A stretch of DNA of 47,552 bases from Sphaerodactylus townsendi (GCF_021028975.2 NC_059425.1:128232449-128280000); one strand, 5' to 3'; shown: positions 24,650 to 35,979, counted from the first letter of the stretch. The notes: generated by a model from the sequence alone, not told the origin. Numbers and translations: made by a program.

Positions 24650-25036
24650 TGTATTGTCAAAGGCTTTGACGGCAGGATTCAACTGGTTCTGGTGGGTTTT
24701 GCATTCACCAATACTGCTGCTGCTGCAGGGCATGAAAATGTGAATGACTCCCTGGACTGATAAGCCCCATCCGCAATACAATACTATCAACCACATCAAC
24801 AAGTTCCACCCAAACGCTTACTGATTGGTTCCTCACCCTGGGAACCAGGGTGATCGGTTCCCCACCCTGGGACATGGACAATATATACCCCAAACGTTCC
24901 CTTCTTTCTGGACACAGTGTGTAACAGACTTCCCTCTGTGATACACCTCTGAAGATGCCAGCCATAGATGCAGGCGAAACGTTAGGAACAAGATCCACCA
25001 GACCACAGCCACACAGCCCGGAAAACCCACCAGAAC
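24650..25036 (+). mobile_element. Penelope-like retroelement remnant with inverted termini
   Basis: Starts tgtattgtcaaaggcttt. gttctggtgggtttt is the inverse of the terminal aaaacccaccagaac. pLTR motif ctctgaagatgccagcca.agatgcaggcgaaacg. 15-bp TSD aagtgttcagattaa (24635) / aagtattcagattaa (25037). Confidence 0.85.
24946..24986 (+). ncRNA. Putative minimal type I hammerhead ribozyme motif (Penelope-associated)
   Basis: cct-CTGAAGA-t-gcc(loop)ggc-GAAAC-GTT-agg: conserved core boxes, stem II gcc/ggc, stem I cct/agg, palindromic ACGT stem III. Confidence 0.55.
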
Positions 25037-25710
25037 AAGTATTCAGATTAACTTAATGCAAAGTAAGAGGATGTTTTGGGGCTATTTAATTAATCTCTTT
25101 TTTTGCCTTTCTCCTAATTAGATCAAATATGCCAGTAACATTAAAAGCTTCATTTTTTAAAAGTTAACTTTTAAAAATTACAATTGTTTCAGAAGCAGCT
25201 ATTCATGATAGATTAGGTACAAATATTGGACGATAAGACTCCCTTGATGCTGAGTCCTTGCCTGGTTTTGGAATCAATCCACCCCTGAGCTCTTGGGAGC
25301 AGTGCCCTTCCTCACAGCACCATAGCCACACCCTCTCCCCTCCCAGATGCTCCTCTAATGAGCAGCAGAGTAAATAGAAGGTGCCGAGAAAAGTACAAAT
25401 GGTACACAATTGGATATGGAGGAGGAAAGTCCTTCAGTTATGTCTTACAGGCCATTGTAAAGTTTTGAATGTAAGAACTAATATCATAAATGAATCTCAA
25501 AAACTTACCAGCAGCTTATTGGGAACATGCAGTCTCTGGGAACAGAATGGAGAAATTATCATTATTGATGTGTTGCTCAGCATAGATGGAATTGTTGCTC
25601 ATGGAAGAATCCATCCTTGATGAAAATGTGTTCTCCATCTTCGCCACCTTTTGACCGAGGAGGAGAATTTTCAAAGTAATGCTGGAAACCTAGTTTTATT
25701 ATGTATAGAG

Positions 25711-25896
25711 CAGTGGTTCTCAACCTTCCTAATGCCGCAACCCTTTAATACAGTTCCTCATGTTGTGGTGACCCCCAACCCTAACATTTATCCATTTTAC
25801 AGATGGAGAACACTGATGCAGAGAGACTTAGGCAACCCCTGTGAAAGGGTCGTTCAACCCCCAAAGGGGTCGTGACCCACAGGTTGTGAACCACTG
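25711..25896 (+). mobile_element. SPIN (Space Invader, hAT) non-autonomous MITE
   Basis: TIR CAGTGGTTCTCAACCT / AGGTTGTGAACCACTG. SPIN/URR1-type subterminal sequence cctaatgccgc.accctttaatacagttcctcatgttgtggtgacccccaacc. Perfect 8-bp TSD GTATAGAG (25703, 25897). Confidence 0.92.
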
Positions 25897-26109
25897 GTAT
25901 AGAGCATACCTGTCTTTCCATTTTTCAGTGAACCCTTTTTGATGGTGGATATTTAAGCTTTGCCCCATTGTGGCATTTTTAAAGGGTATCCAGTTATTTC
26001 TCCCCCTCAATCTATTTTAATGTTGCCAAATATAATAGAGACTAGGACCCCATTATGCCTATAATAATTGTCCAAAAGAGAATCCAGTGGGTGCAGCTTC
26101 TGTTACTAC

Positions 26110-26311
26110 TAGGGCTGCCATCTCCAGGTTGGGAAATTCCTGGACATTTTGGGGGTGGAGCCCGAGGAAAGGGGGATTGGGGAGAGGAGAGATTTCAATG
26201 GAGTATAATGCCATAGACTCCACCATTTTCTGCAGATGAACAGATCTCTGTTGCCTGGAGATCAGTTGTAATAGCAGATCTCCAGCCATCAACAGGAAGT
26301 TGGCAACTCTA
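26110..26311. mobile_element. MITE with TAGGGTTGCCA-type TIRs
   Basis: tagggctgcca ... tggcaactcta. An inverse related copy lies at 37611-37826. Confidence 0.7.
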
Positions 26312-26496
26312 CTCTTCACAGTGCTGCCATTCTCCTTCCTGCATAGCTGAAATCAGCATGCTGCTTCATTCTGAGAAGCCCATGTATTGCAGAGACTGCA
26401 TACTTCCTTTTGCTATCACCTGAGAAGATCTTGAATTTTTGTATAAAATATTTAGGGTACTTGCGTAGAAACTGATCTCTTTAATATCTTTTAAAG

Positions 26497-26583
26497 GCTG
26501 GTGTAAGTCTACGGAAAGTTAACCGGCATGTGGATTTCCCGCTAGTGTTGGATTTGGCACCATTTTCTTCTGCTTCCTGCAAG
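26497..26583 (+). CDS. USP45: USP45 coding exon ([29 protein letters not shown])
   Basis: ttaaag| ... |gtacct, 87 nt, phase 0 to 0. 'VxFPxxLDL' motif. Confidence 0.95.
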
Positions 26584-26729
26584 GTACCTATGTTGGAAGT
26601 CAGCTTCAGTTACGTTCTCAGCTCCTCTGACCAGTTTTTGCTGTCAGCTCTGCCCTGTATGCAAGTGGTGCTATCGTGATTCTGCACTTCCTCAGTTATA
26701 GACTGCACTCTCTGCAGTAGCCTTCCTGC

Positions 26730-27205
26730 AGATTTGTTTACCTAATTTATACCCCACATTTCTCTCTAATGGGGACCCAAAAGGGAGGGAAGGGGGCTCG
26801 GTATCTGGACATGGCCCACCCACCCTAGGGGAGGGAGGGGGAGGGGTAGCATGCAAGGGGAGGTAGTGGGTGAGGGGTGGCATGCAAGGGAGGGGAGGGA
26901 AGGAGAGGGAAGGAGAGGGGGCCTGGCATCTGGACCTGGCCCACCCTTCCTAATGGTGAGGAGGGAGGGCCCCCGACATCTGGATATGGCCCACCCACCC
27001 TAGTGGGGGGAGGGGTGGCATGGAAGGGAGGGGAGGCATGCATCCCTCTCCTTGCCGTCATTTTATCCTCATGACAATCCCATGAGGTAGATTAGACTGT
27101 TTAACTGGTCCAAAGGCACCCAGCAAGTCTCCATGGCAGAGCGGTGATTCAAACCTGGGTCTCCCAGATTCTAGTTCAACACTGTAACCACTGCACCACA
27201 CTGGT
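26730..27205 (-). mobile_element. SINE family B split by a G-rich repeat insert (~26782-27045)
   Basis: Tail 'atttataccccac...aatggggacccaaa' and body 'cattttatcctca...gattcaaacctgggtctcccagattctag' lie either side of the insert. Confidence 0.75.
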
Positions 27206-27641
27206 GTTACCTTTTAAAATCCTTTGTATTTGGGGTTCTCTTTGGAATTTGGGGGGGAGAAAACTGAACAAAGAATTAATGCTTTAAAGAGAACACAAAA
27301 AGCTCTAATAGCCTTGAAGTGAAGCTCAGCTTTCAAACCTAAAACGTTTGTTTGTTTTGCTTCACAGTAAACTTCTGGATTATGCAGAGAGGTACAACTG
27401 TGCTGAACCATGAAAAAGCTATTGATTATTTAACTGTATAGAAACTTTTCTGCTAATCTACATCAGTGGGGAATAGATCTAATTTTTTTCCTAAACATCT
27501 GATTGAATCAAATTAGTAAAGAACTGTCACTGGTTTGACCTATCACTGTTCTCGAATATGAATACCTTTGTAGAACCAATTGTGAAAATACCCTGTTTGT
27601 GTCTCCATTTTTGTTCTTGTTGTTTTTGGCTTCCTGATAAG

Positions 27642-27795
27642 AATGTAACAGATGGTGGGAAAGTTGTCTATGCTCTTTATGGAATAGTGGAGCACAGTGG
27701 TTCTATGCGAGGCGGTCACTATGCAGCATACGTGAAAGTCAGAGCTCCAACCAAAAAGCTTTTGGAACACATTTCTAGCAATAGAAATGTCCAAG
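27642..27795 (+). CDS. USP45: USP45 His-box exon (NVTDGGKVVYALYGIVEHSGSMRGGHYAAYVKVR...NVQ)
   Basis: gataag| ... |gtatgt, 154 nt, phase 0 to 1. Catalytic His motif GHY is intact. Confidence 0.95.
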
Positions 27796-29025
27796 GTATG
27801 TGCCAAAGCAAAGGTATATATTATTAGATTAAACCTGACTGCATCTCTAAGCACACTTACTTTCTCTTCCTACTGCACTCAAAGAACAGGATTTACTTCT
27901 GTATGTAGTATTCCACTTCATTTCTAGTACATCTTCATACTGTAAACTCTTGTATATGTGTAGGGGTTTTTTGTGTGTTTTCAGTATCAGTAGCTTAACT
28001 GACCTTTTCCCAGTATTACACAGGATCAAGGTATATTTTCCTTCCATTTGCAATAGTTTTCCATTTCTCCAAGCCCTAGTTGCAAGGGCTAAAATTGTGC
28101 GGCTTGCATAGTATGTACAATACCTCATTTAAAACGGTGTGATTGCAGAGGAGAAATTTTTCGATAAGCACTATATTCTTTGCACACAACCCTCCCCAGT
28201 AGCACAATCAGAGAGGTTTTCTGGGGGCTTTTAAAAAATTGCTGCTACACTATTGTGTAACAATGTTTAAAATGATCTGTTGCCATGATGTGAATTACCT
28301 GTGAATTACCAGCTTTAATTTTTTTGAAAAAGAGGAATCAGTATATTATGGCAATAGAGAATAAGAACAGTATTGCACTGCTGGGCAGTATCAGTTACTG
28401 GTTTGTTTTAAAGCCCTCCTTTAGCATGGTGGGGGGAAATTGTTGTTACAAGGGGGTGATAGAAGGGAAATGATACCCCTGTGTGCAGGACCTTCAAAAA
28501 TGTGCCCCTTACTGTCCAGGCAGCCTTACTGACATGATTGGACTGTGCTCTCTCCAGAAAGATTGCGTCCAACTAGGTTTGAGAGCCGGATGGGCAGAAT
28601 CTGGAATGCAAGTTCCAAGCGACATCTCAGAAGGATGCAGGGAACTCACTTGTAGAATTGACTCAGTGCCATAATATGTTTAATTCAACCTTGGTGGCAG
28701 CCAGCCTTTATGCTCTGAGCATAGAACAAGAGTTATTAAAACATGGCGATTTCATTTTTCCAGGCAACTTTTGCTCTTTCTGCTGCACATGAGTTTGCCC
28801 ACCAGCAGCTTGGAAATCCCATCTGTTGGCAGTTTTCATGATTTTTGCAGTGTCATGCTAGGGATGTTTTCACACCTATCAGTAACTTCTCTGTCAGGGT
28901 GGAGTCAAGAAAAAAATTCAGTTCATTTCATAGGCATAGTTTATAGCTTCTTACTTGCAAGTATTGTTTTTTTCTTCTTTTAATTGTAATTAATTAGTAA
29001 CATTATTGTCTGTTTTGCATTGCAG

Positions 29026-29156
29026 GTTTAAAGGAATCTGTAGGAGCATCTGTAGGACAGTGGGTGTATGTCAGTGATACCCACGTACAAGCGGTCCCAG
29101 AATCAAGAGTTTTGCATTCACAGGCCTACTTGCTTTTTTATGAAAGAATATTGTAG
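29026..29156 (+). CDS. USP45: USP45 last coding exon ([43 protein letters not shown])
   Basis: ttgcag| acceptor, phase 1. WxxVSD catalytic Asp and AYLLFYER terminal motif; TAG at 29154-29156. Confidence 0.96.
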
Positions 29157-31414
29157 TTGTGTTCAACAACGAAAGGATAACTATTGTTTAGAATTACTTG
29201 AAATGTTGTGGTTTTACCTCTTCTCTCATATAAAATGTATCATGATTTGAAAACATCCATGGCTCCAGTCCAGAGATGCACGTTTAAGGCTCACAATGTT
29301 ATCCAGCAGCTAACCCTTGCACCCATTGTTGCGTTCAGTACTGCTCTGAAAGGACTCAGGCCTTCAGAGGTGCCTTTAGAGAATGTGGGGGACTACTGCC
29401 GATAAGGATAAATGGAAAAGTCTCTATATGCAAGGAAAAGCAAATGTGTGTTTCTCTAAAGTTGTGCCTGCATGTTAAAATCCCAAAATTCCCTTGAAAT
29501 AAGGTACTCTGAAACAGAATAGAAACATTTCAGTTTAGGACAGCACAACCCAAAATCGATTGAAAAATAGAGGTAGAAATTATCTCCAAAAAACTGAACA
29601 CTGCCTGGATTTTCCTCGGTACAAAATACAGATTGTTACATCATGAACATAGTTATGTTGCATATTTGGCTCCTGAGTTTTCTGGAATGCAGTGGTTGCA
29701 ATCTTGTATGATGTAATATCTGATTCCATTTTTAAAAGACATTTGGCATAGTTCTCTCAGAACTGCAGGTGAGATTTTGCATATTTGAACATACTGCCAC
29801 ATCAAAAATTTGGGGACAACAAAAGGCTTAGCACATCAGAAACAAAGCCAGAATAGAACCTTGCCCCTTGATGTATTCGCGTTCCATATGCAGGGAGTCT
29901 TTGGCATTGAGGAATTGCTTTGAATATTTCCCTACATACACCCTGAATTACTAGCCTTGGATGGATTGTACTTCATAATTAGCTGCAAGACTTCAAGGTA
30001 AACATAAAATCAATTCATAGTTTCTAATCTTGTGCACAATATTCTTTGTCATTTATTATTCTTTGTCATTTATTAACTAGATTGGCAAGTATGCCGGTTT
30101 ATTTCACAACCAATATTTTTTGCAGAATGCTAGGTGACTTCACACAATTCTTACTATTCCTGCACTGCTGAGGGTGGGGGTCGGAAGAGAGATGAGGAAG
30201 TTGCACTTTTCAGCCAGAAATCCCTTTGCCATTGAACAACTATATTGTGTCTCCAAGCCACTGCCTCTTAGAAAAAAATCAGTTGTGTTACTTTCTGCAA
30301 AACGGAGCTTTGGGATTGGCTTCTCATGAATGCACTGTAGCTTTTTGCTTTAAAACAACAACAAAAACACCCTCTGCCAGATGACAGGTTGCTGTTAAAA
30401 TGTGGAAAGATTTGTAAGGGAAAACTGTTTTACATGTTGTCAAACGGGGATGGAAGGCCCTTGCATGTAGTTTTAGAAGCTTTGTGTGAGACCATTACAA
30501 AGGAGTAGATTATGCAGCTCAGTAGCATAAGGAGTCCACTAGGAATCTCTTCTGACACCTTGTTTCAGAAAAAGAAATGGGAAATGTGCACAAGCAACAG
30601 TGATATTTGTGAGGCATTTCTGTGGGGTTAATTTCAACAGGAGAGGTGGTTGTTGTTGGATTGCATGTGCCATTTGAAATTCTGTCAGAGATTATTGTGT
30701 TGTCATATGAACACATGAGAAACATCTACCCATTCTTGTGACTTAAAATAATATGTGATTGTTTTACTGAATTAATTTCTTATGCTACTGAGCTGCATAC
30801 TTTAAAACTAAGACCAAAGTAAATCAAACTTTCCTTCAGGGACCTGTTTCTCATCATGTAATCAAGAAGAGACTTGATTACATGGTAGAAATAAATTCTC
30901 ATGACTCTTAGCTTCTAAAATATTGTATCCATCTGAGAAGCTCCTAATTCTGGAATAATAAAGAGGGATTTTATGGCATCTTAAAATACTAACAATTTTT
31001 TTGTAACTTAAAATTTAAGAACTACAGGCCCACTTCAGATGCACTGAGCTGTACATTTTGAGTGACACTTTGATTTTTGTGCACTGATTTTTTCCCCTGT
31101 ACCAATAGTGGGAGCAGCTGATATATGGGCAGCCCAATCCAGGGTGGGAGCAAAGCACATTCTGAAAGCAGCACAGACTGGCACCAACACTGGTGGGAAG
31201 GGCAAATAGTGTGGCAGCCTGGAGCTGCAGAGCTATGTGGTACCTGACCCAGAAGAGTCTGCCTGCCCCAGAGCTGTACCAGTTTAAAGGTGGACTAAGC
31301 TATGTTTTTATTTTCTCCACATGGCATTATGCCCACATTATTTTCTCCACATGGCATACAAAATCACTTCAAAAGGGATGTGGGCAGAATGGAGCGTGTG
31401 CAATGGAGAGTGAC

Positions 31415-31812
31415 AAGGATGATCAGGGTCTGGAGACCTAACCTGGGGAGGAAAGGATGAAGGAACTGGAAATTTTTAGTCTGAAGAAGAGGAGGTTGAG
31501 GGTGGACATGAATGCTGTATTTAAGTATTGAAAGGGATGTCACTTAGAGGAGGGCAGGAGGCTGTTCCTGTGGGCAGCAAAGGATACGGCTCACAATAAT
31601 GGGTTTAAATTACAGGTGAAAATCTGGATATTAGGGAAAAAATTGCAATAAAAGTTGTGCAACAGTGGAATTGGCTACCATGGGAGATGGTGAGCCCCTC
31701 CTCACTGTCAGTCTTTAAGCAGCTGCTGGACAAACATTGGTCAGAGATGCTCTAGGGGCTGATCCTGCTTTAAGCAGAGGGTTGGACTACAGCCCCTTCC
31801 AAATCTATGATT
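31415..31812 (+). mobile_element. CR1 LINE 3' end within the probable USP45 3'UTR
   Basis: Remnant 'EER.KEL..FSLKKRRLRVDM..VFKY' and typical 3' end 'gggttggacta..ccccttccaa.tctatgatt'. Confidence 0.85.
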
Positions 31813-32012
31813 TTAACATGTGATTATCCTAAACATTTTGGAATTACAGGTTTTCTACTCTATTTCAGTGTTAGTAACCTTGAATTATATTTAATATATA
31901 GGCAGGTTAAATTATTTAAAGGGTTGCAAAGGCTAATATGTGCAATAAATCTATTTAATAACCATGTTTTTTATGTAGTGTTAAACTGTATATGCAGTTT
32001 TTAATGGGAATA

Positions 32013-32100
32013 TGTATGTAATAAAAGGAAGATTAAACTTAACTATATTCTGTTGTGGATTCAAATAAAAACATCTTCTATTTTTGATTTTCCAAATAAA
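32013..32100 (+). terminator. Probable USP45 polyadenylation signal cluster
   Basis: AATAAA at 32020, 32064 and 32095, with TGTA motifs directly upstream and U/GU-rich sequence nearby. Other AATAAA at ~30890 and ~30957 could be proximal sites. Confidence 0.5.
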
Positions 32101-33019
32101 GTCTTAGTGCACATTTTAGGAAAATGTATCTGTTTACCTTCATTTGAAGGTAAGGTGAAACTGAAAATGGGCAAATGTGATTATGTACGTGGAGCATAAA
32201 AAGATGTCAAATGTTTAAATTTGCTCCCAACACCCGTGATCAATTATCTGATGAGTGCTATCGGTTTACCAAATTGCAAATTAAAGGCACAATATTTTCA
32301 AACAAAAAATTGCTTACATGTTGACCTGAGGTGTATGTTTTGACTTTACTAAAAGCGAGGAATCATCTGCCTTCCCTAGTTTACCATATATATTTTTCTA
32401 TATCAGAAAGGCAACACTATATTTTCCAGCTCCTTGATATCCCCAAGAGGGTAACTTTTATCACATCATCAATTTTGACTACGATAGTTGAATCCAGTCT
32501 ACCTGTCTCCTAGACTAAACTGTGAGTAAAATTCTGTGTCTTTCTGATTGTACAAATCAGCCACAGAGGAATGCACTGATGAAACAAATACACACATATT
32601 AGCGTAATATATTCACAGGGCAGAATTTACAACACAGTCCAGGGGGTGTGAGTGTGAGAAGGGGTTTAGAGAGCATTGTGACGCTTAGGTTTGCGTGTCT
32701 CAAAGTTATGCCATAGTAAGGACCAGTTATGCCAGCACAAACCCCCAGCACCAGAATAGTCATGGGCAGCTTGTGGGGTGGGACTGGATTTAGTTGGCTC
32801 CCTAAACTCTTTCAGCCTGGGAATATCTCCTGGGAGAGGCACAAAGAATCACTGTAGCCCATAGGCACCAATTGTGCACAAAAATCCAATCCCCCACTAC
32901 TGCAGTAGCCATACTCGAGGATCCCAAGCAGCTGAGGATGTTGACTATGAGTGCAACTAATAATCTCCTTCCTCAGCAACCAATTCCAATAGATCTAGCT
33001 TGTTTGTAATCTGTAGTGC

Positions 33020-33149
33020 TTCTTCAGATGTTTCGAGGGCTTCCACTTCCCATCAGCCCTTGCCAGCATGACAAATTGGCCATGCTGGCAGGGGCTTATG
33101 GGAATTGTAGTCCATGAACATCTGGAGAGCTGCAGGTTGCAGACCCCTG
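33020..33149. mobile_element. hAT MITE (same palindromic family as 4191 and 36726), left end decayed
   Basis: Central palindrome ttcccatcagcccttgccagcatg..catgctggcaggggcttatgggaa; right TIR gcagacccctg. Confidence 0.75.
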
Positions 33150-33899
33150 ATCTAGCCCAACAAAACCACTAGCCAGGACACCTCACAACTAATGAGGTAG
33201 GGCTTGTTGCTTGACAGCTAAGGACACCTATGACTGCATGTGGGCCAGGGTCCAGGTTGAGGCCTCCATGGGAGGGGGATTGCAGTGACCTATCAGCTGC
33301 TCAGAGATTTGTAACAGAACCTGAAAATCTTTAAAGGGGTGGGTGTTCCACAGACATCGAGCCAGCATCCCTGGCTATGCCCTTTCCTGTCTCTGGGCTG
33401 TGATGGGCACTGAACTTGGCCCATGCCTGCCAGCCCAATTGATTCTGCCTGCCCTATCTATCACACCCTGCTGCCTCATCACAACAATCATATGGGTTGT
33501 TACAGCACTGCTGCTGGGAATGATGATGTGGTTGGGAGGGAAACTTCAGCAGTAGAGAAATATTGCTGGGACACAAGGGATTTTGTTTACACTACAACCC
33601 CTGTCTAGGTGGCTACAAGAGGCAGACTGCTGAACAAGTTGTATTTTATGAATTAATGACCAACTACAGTTAGACAGAGATTTGAAGGGACATAGAGGAT
33701 AGTAGCTTTCAGAGGATCCCTCCTAACTAGTTGGGAAGAGCTGCAGGCAGTGGAAGATAGTATTCAGGGAAGGTGTGAGTCTGGCAGGCAAATATTACAT
33801 TTACTTAGATGTGTTCCTCATAGTCTTGAACCCTAGAATTACAGAAGGTTCCTCCAGCCTTGGGAAGCTGATGATTGAGTGAAATCGCAAATCTTATTT

Positions 33900-34045
33900 C
33901 AAAGATGTAGTGCAGGGAGAGAGTTGTGAACTTCTTAATAAATCCTAATACTATACCTTGGATTCTCCCATTGCAGTTACTTTGTAAAATGATCTTCCAA
34001 TCAGCAATAGAATATCCAGACGGATTAAAATAGTCATGCACAGGT
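33900..34045 (-). mobile_element. Penelope/Neptune-like GIY-YIG C-terminal remnant
   Basis: YFNPSGYSIADWKIILQSNCNGRIQ..LGFIKKFTTL resembles the recalled 'HFNLPGHSI.DL...L...F.GR.QR...EL.FI.KF.TL'. Confidence 0.5.
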
Positions 34046-34387
34046 TTCTGTATTAACTGAGTTTTAATGTCAGTTTTGTATCCATTTATTTTTTCCTCAA
34101 GGGACTTACCCTTTTGTCCACTGCGGAAAGCTGAAAGGCTTTGTTGGTGGATGATGGTACATGTTACCGTGGAGGATAATCAGCTAGAAGTGCTCAGGAT
34201 CCATGTTATTAAAACCTGTGATCATATTGGTTGAGTGTTTATGAAGACAATAAGCATCAGCTTATTGCTGGGACTTGTTTCTGGATCGTGGGTTGGTTAT
34301 ATGCTCCATCACTGTTCTTACAAATAATAGTCAGGGACTTCCAAAATTTTACTTTGAAACAATTTTTGTTAGCATGTAAGGTGCCAC

Positions 34388-34455
34388 TAGTTTTGACTGT
34401 GCAAGTTCTGAATAACTCTGTGGACCTGGGTGCTGTGTGGTTTCCGGGCTCTGTG
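34388..34455 (-). mobile_element. Penelope terminal fragment
   Basis: gctgtgtggtttccgggct resembles the inverse of the cagcccggaaaacccac end at ~25015-25030. Confidence 0.45.
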
Positions 34456-34619
34456 CACCTGATCTCCAATTAAAATCACCAGGCTGCATAGCTACAATCC
34501 AATGCACGCTTTCCCGTGGGTAAGTACAGTGGAACCGAGTTCTGACTAAACGTGCACAGGAACATGCTGATCATTACCCACAGAGGACCCCAGAAGCAAA
34601 ATTATTTCACCTTACTGGG

Positions 34620-35620
34620 CACCTATGACATCACAAGGCCCCACTACTTTCCCAGCCTTGCCCACCAGGAACTAATCCCTCACACACACCGCAACGACGC
34701 ATGCTCTAAGATGATGGTCTCCCTTTGAGACGTTTTTGCAAAGAGCTGGTGAGGGCATCGTGCCCTTCCTAAAAATGGCGCCATGGTAGCAATTTAACTA
34801 GTGTCCAAATAAAAGTTGGCGTTGCTTGTCATAGCATCGGATGCTAATGAACCCCTGAGCTTTTAGGGACAGGCGGGCAAGCACCTTCATTCCACAACGG
34901 TATACATATTTAGGTGACCTGTAAGTATTGGTCCTCTCCATGTCGAGAGAAATAATTCTTATTTTCAGCTCCCCAAAAGATCAATGAACTCTTCCTCGGT
35001 ACCTCTGCCATTATCAAAAATGGCTGACAGGATTCGGCCGGGTCGGAGTCTCCTCCTCCTTTAGAATCAAGTGACGCATAATGCTGTTCCGGGTGAGAAC
35101 CAACAAACGCCATTTTGTCTTGTTCGCGAAAAGCCAAGCGGGAGGAGGCAGAGGCAGCCCTAAAGCTGCCAGGGCCGCCGACCGAAGGGAAGGTGTGGGC
35201 GGGGGTGAGTAGCGGCGGACGCAGCATCTTCGAGCCTGGAGAAGCGAGAGCTCATGTCGGGGCAGAGCTTTTTTCTCCCCGCAGGAGGCCTCATTATGAC
35301 GCGCCATTGCCCGGCAAGCACCGCAGCGCGAGAGGGGGGGAAGGGCCCCTGCGCTTCTGGCTAGATTAGGGGTGACGCCTTGCCTTTCCCCCTCATGGGT
35401 TTCGCTTAGTTTAGCAACGAACGGACATTCCCCGCGTATATGTGCGATGCAGGGAAAGCCCCTTTTCCATTAGACCCCGAATCCTGTTTTGCGCATGCGC
35501 CGATGCCTTCGTTTAGAGTACCGGAGGAGCCGGTTGAAATGGGGGATGGTATGGTCTCGTGCGCATGCCTCTAGGTTGGAGAGGATGATGTCCATGGGCT
35601 GGTTTTGGGTGGGCGGGGTG
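34620..35620. promoter_or_regulatory. CpG-island housekeeping promoter, probably of PNISR (synteny inference)
   Basis: Local CpG enrichment. YY1 motifs AAAATGGCG (34772), AAAATGGC (35017) and CGCCATTTTG (35108). CRE half-site TGACG (35072). ETS TTCCGG (35087). NRF1 TGCGCATGCGC (35490) and TGCGCATGC (35560). In human, PNISR lies downstream of USP45 on the same strand (recalled). Confidence 0.8.
35110..35204 (+). other. Candidate non-coding first exon of the downstream gene (probably PNISR); start approximate
   Basis: Strong donor GGGG|GTGAGT at 35205 within the CpG island. The TSS cannot be determined from sequence. Confidence 0.5.
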
Positions 35621-35979
35621 GCTGACCAGGGGTTTCTAGTGGAGACGGGGTGAATTTGGGATTGCCTCCCAGTTTCCGTTCTCCCTGCCGTCCACCATCT
35701 GCAAGTGGGAATAACAAATGGTCTGCTTAAGAGGTTATTGCAAGGATTCCACGTATGCAGCCTGTTGGAGTCTGAAAGTCCAGTATTTCTGTCAAGTGAT
35801 AGCAGTATTCACATATGGCAAGAGTTCTCTGATATTGTTACATGGCTCCAAAAATCTTTGTTGCCAGGCTTTCAGTCGTTTATATAAAATCTTTTGCAGT
35901 CTGGTTCAATGATTATTAACGTAGAACTTGTTCCAACTGAGGGCATCCACTTATGTTCCTCAGGAAGCATGTACAGGAA

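Noticed and set aside
27642-27652. Alternative CAG acceptor 10 nt into the His-box exon
   Set aside because: Out of frame; the upstream AAG acceptor keeps frame and matches the expected length.
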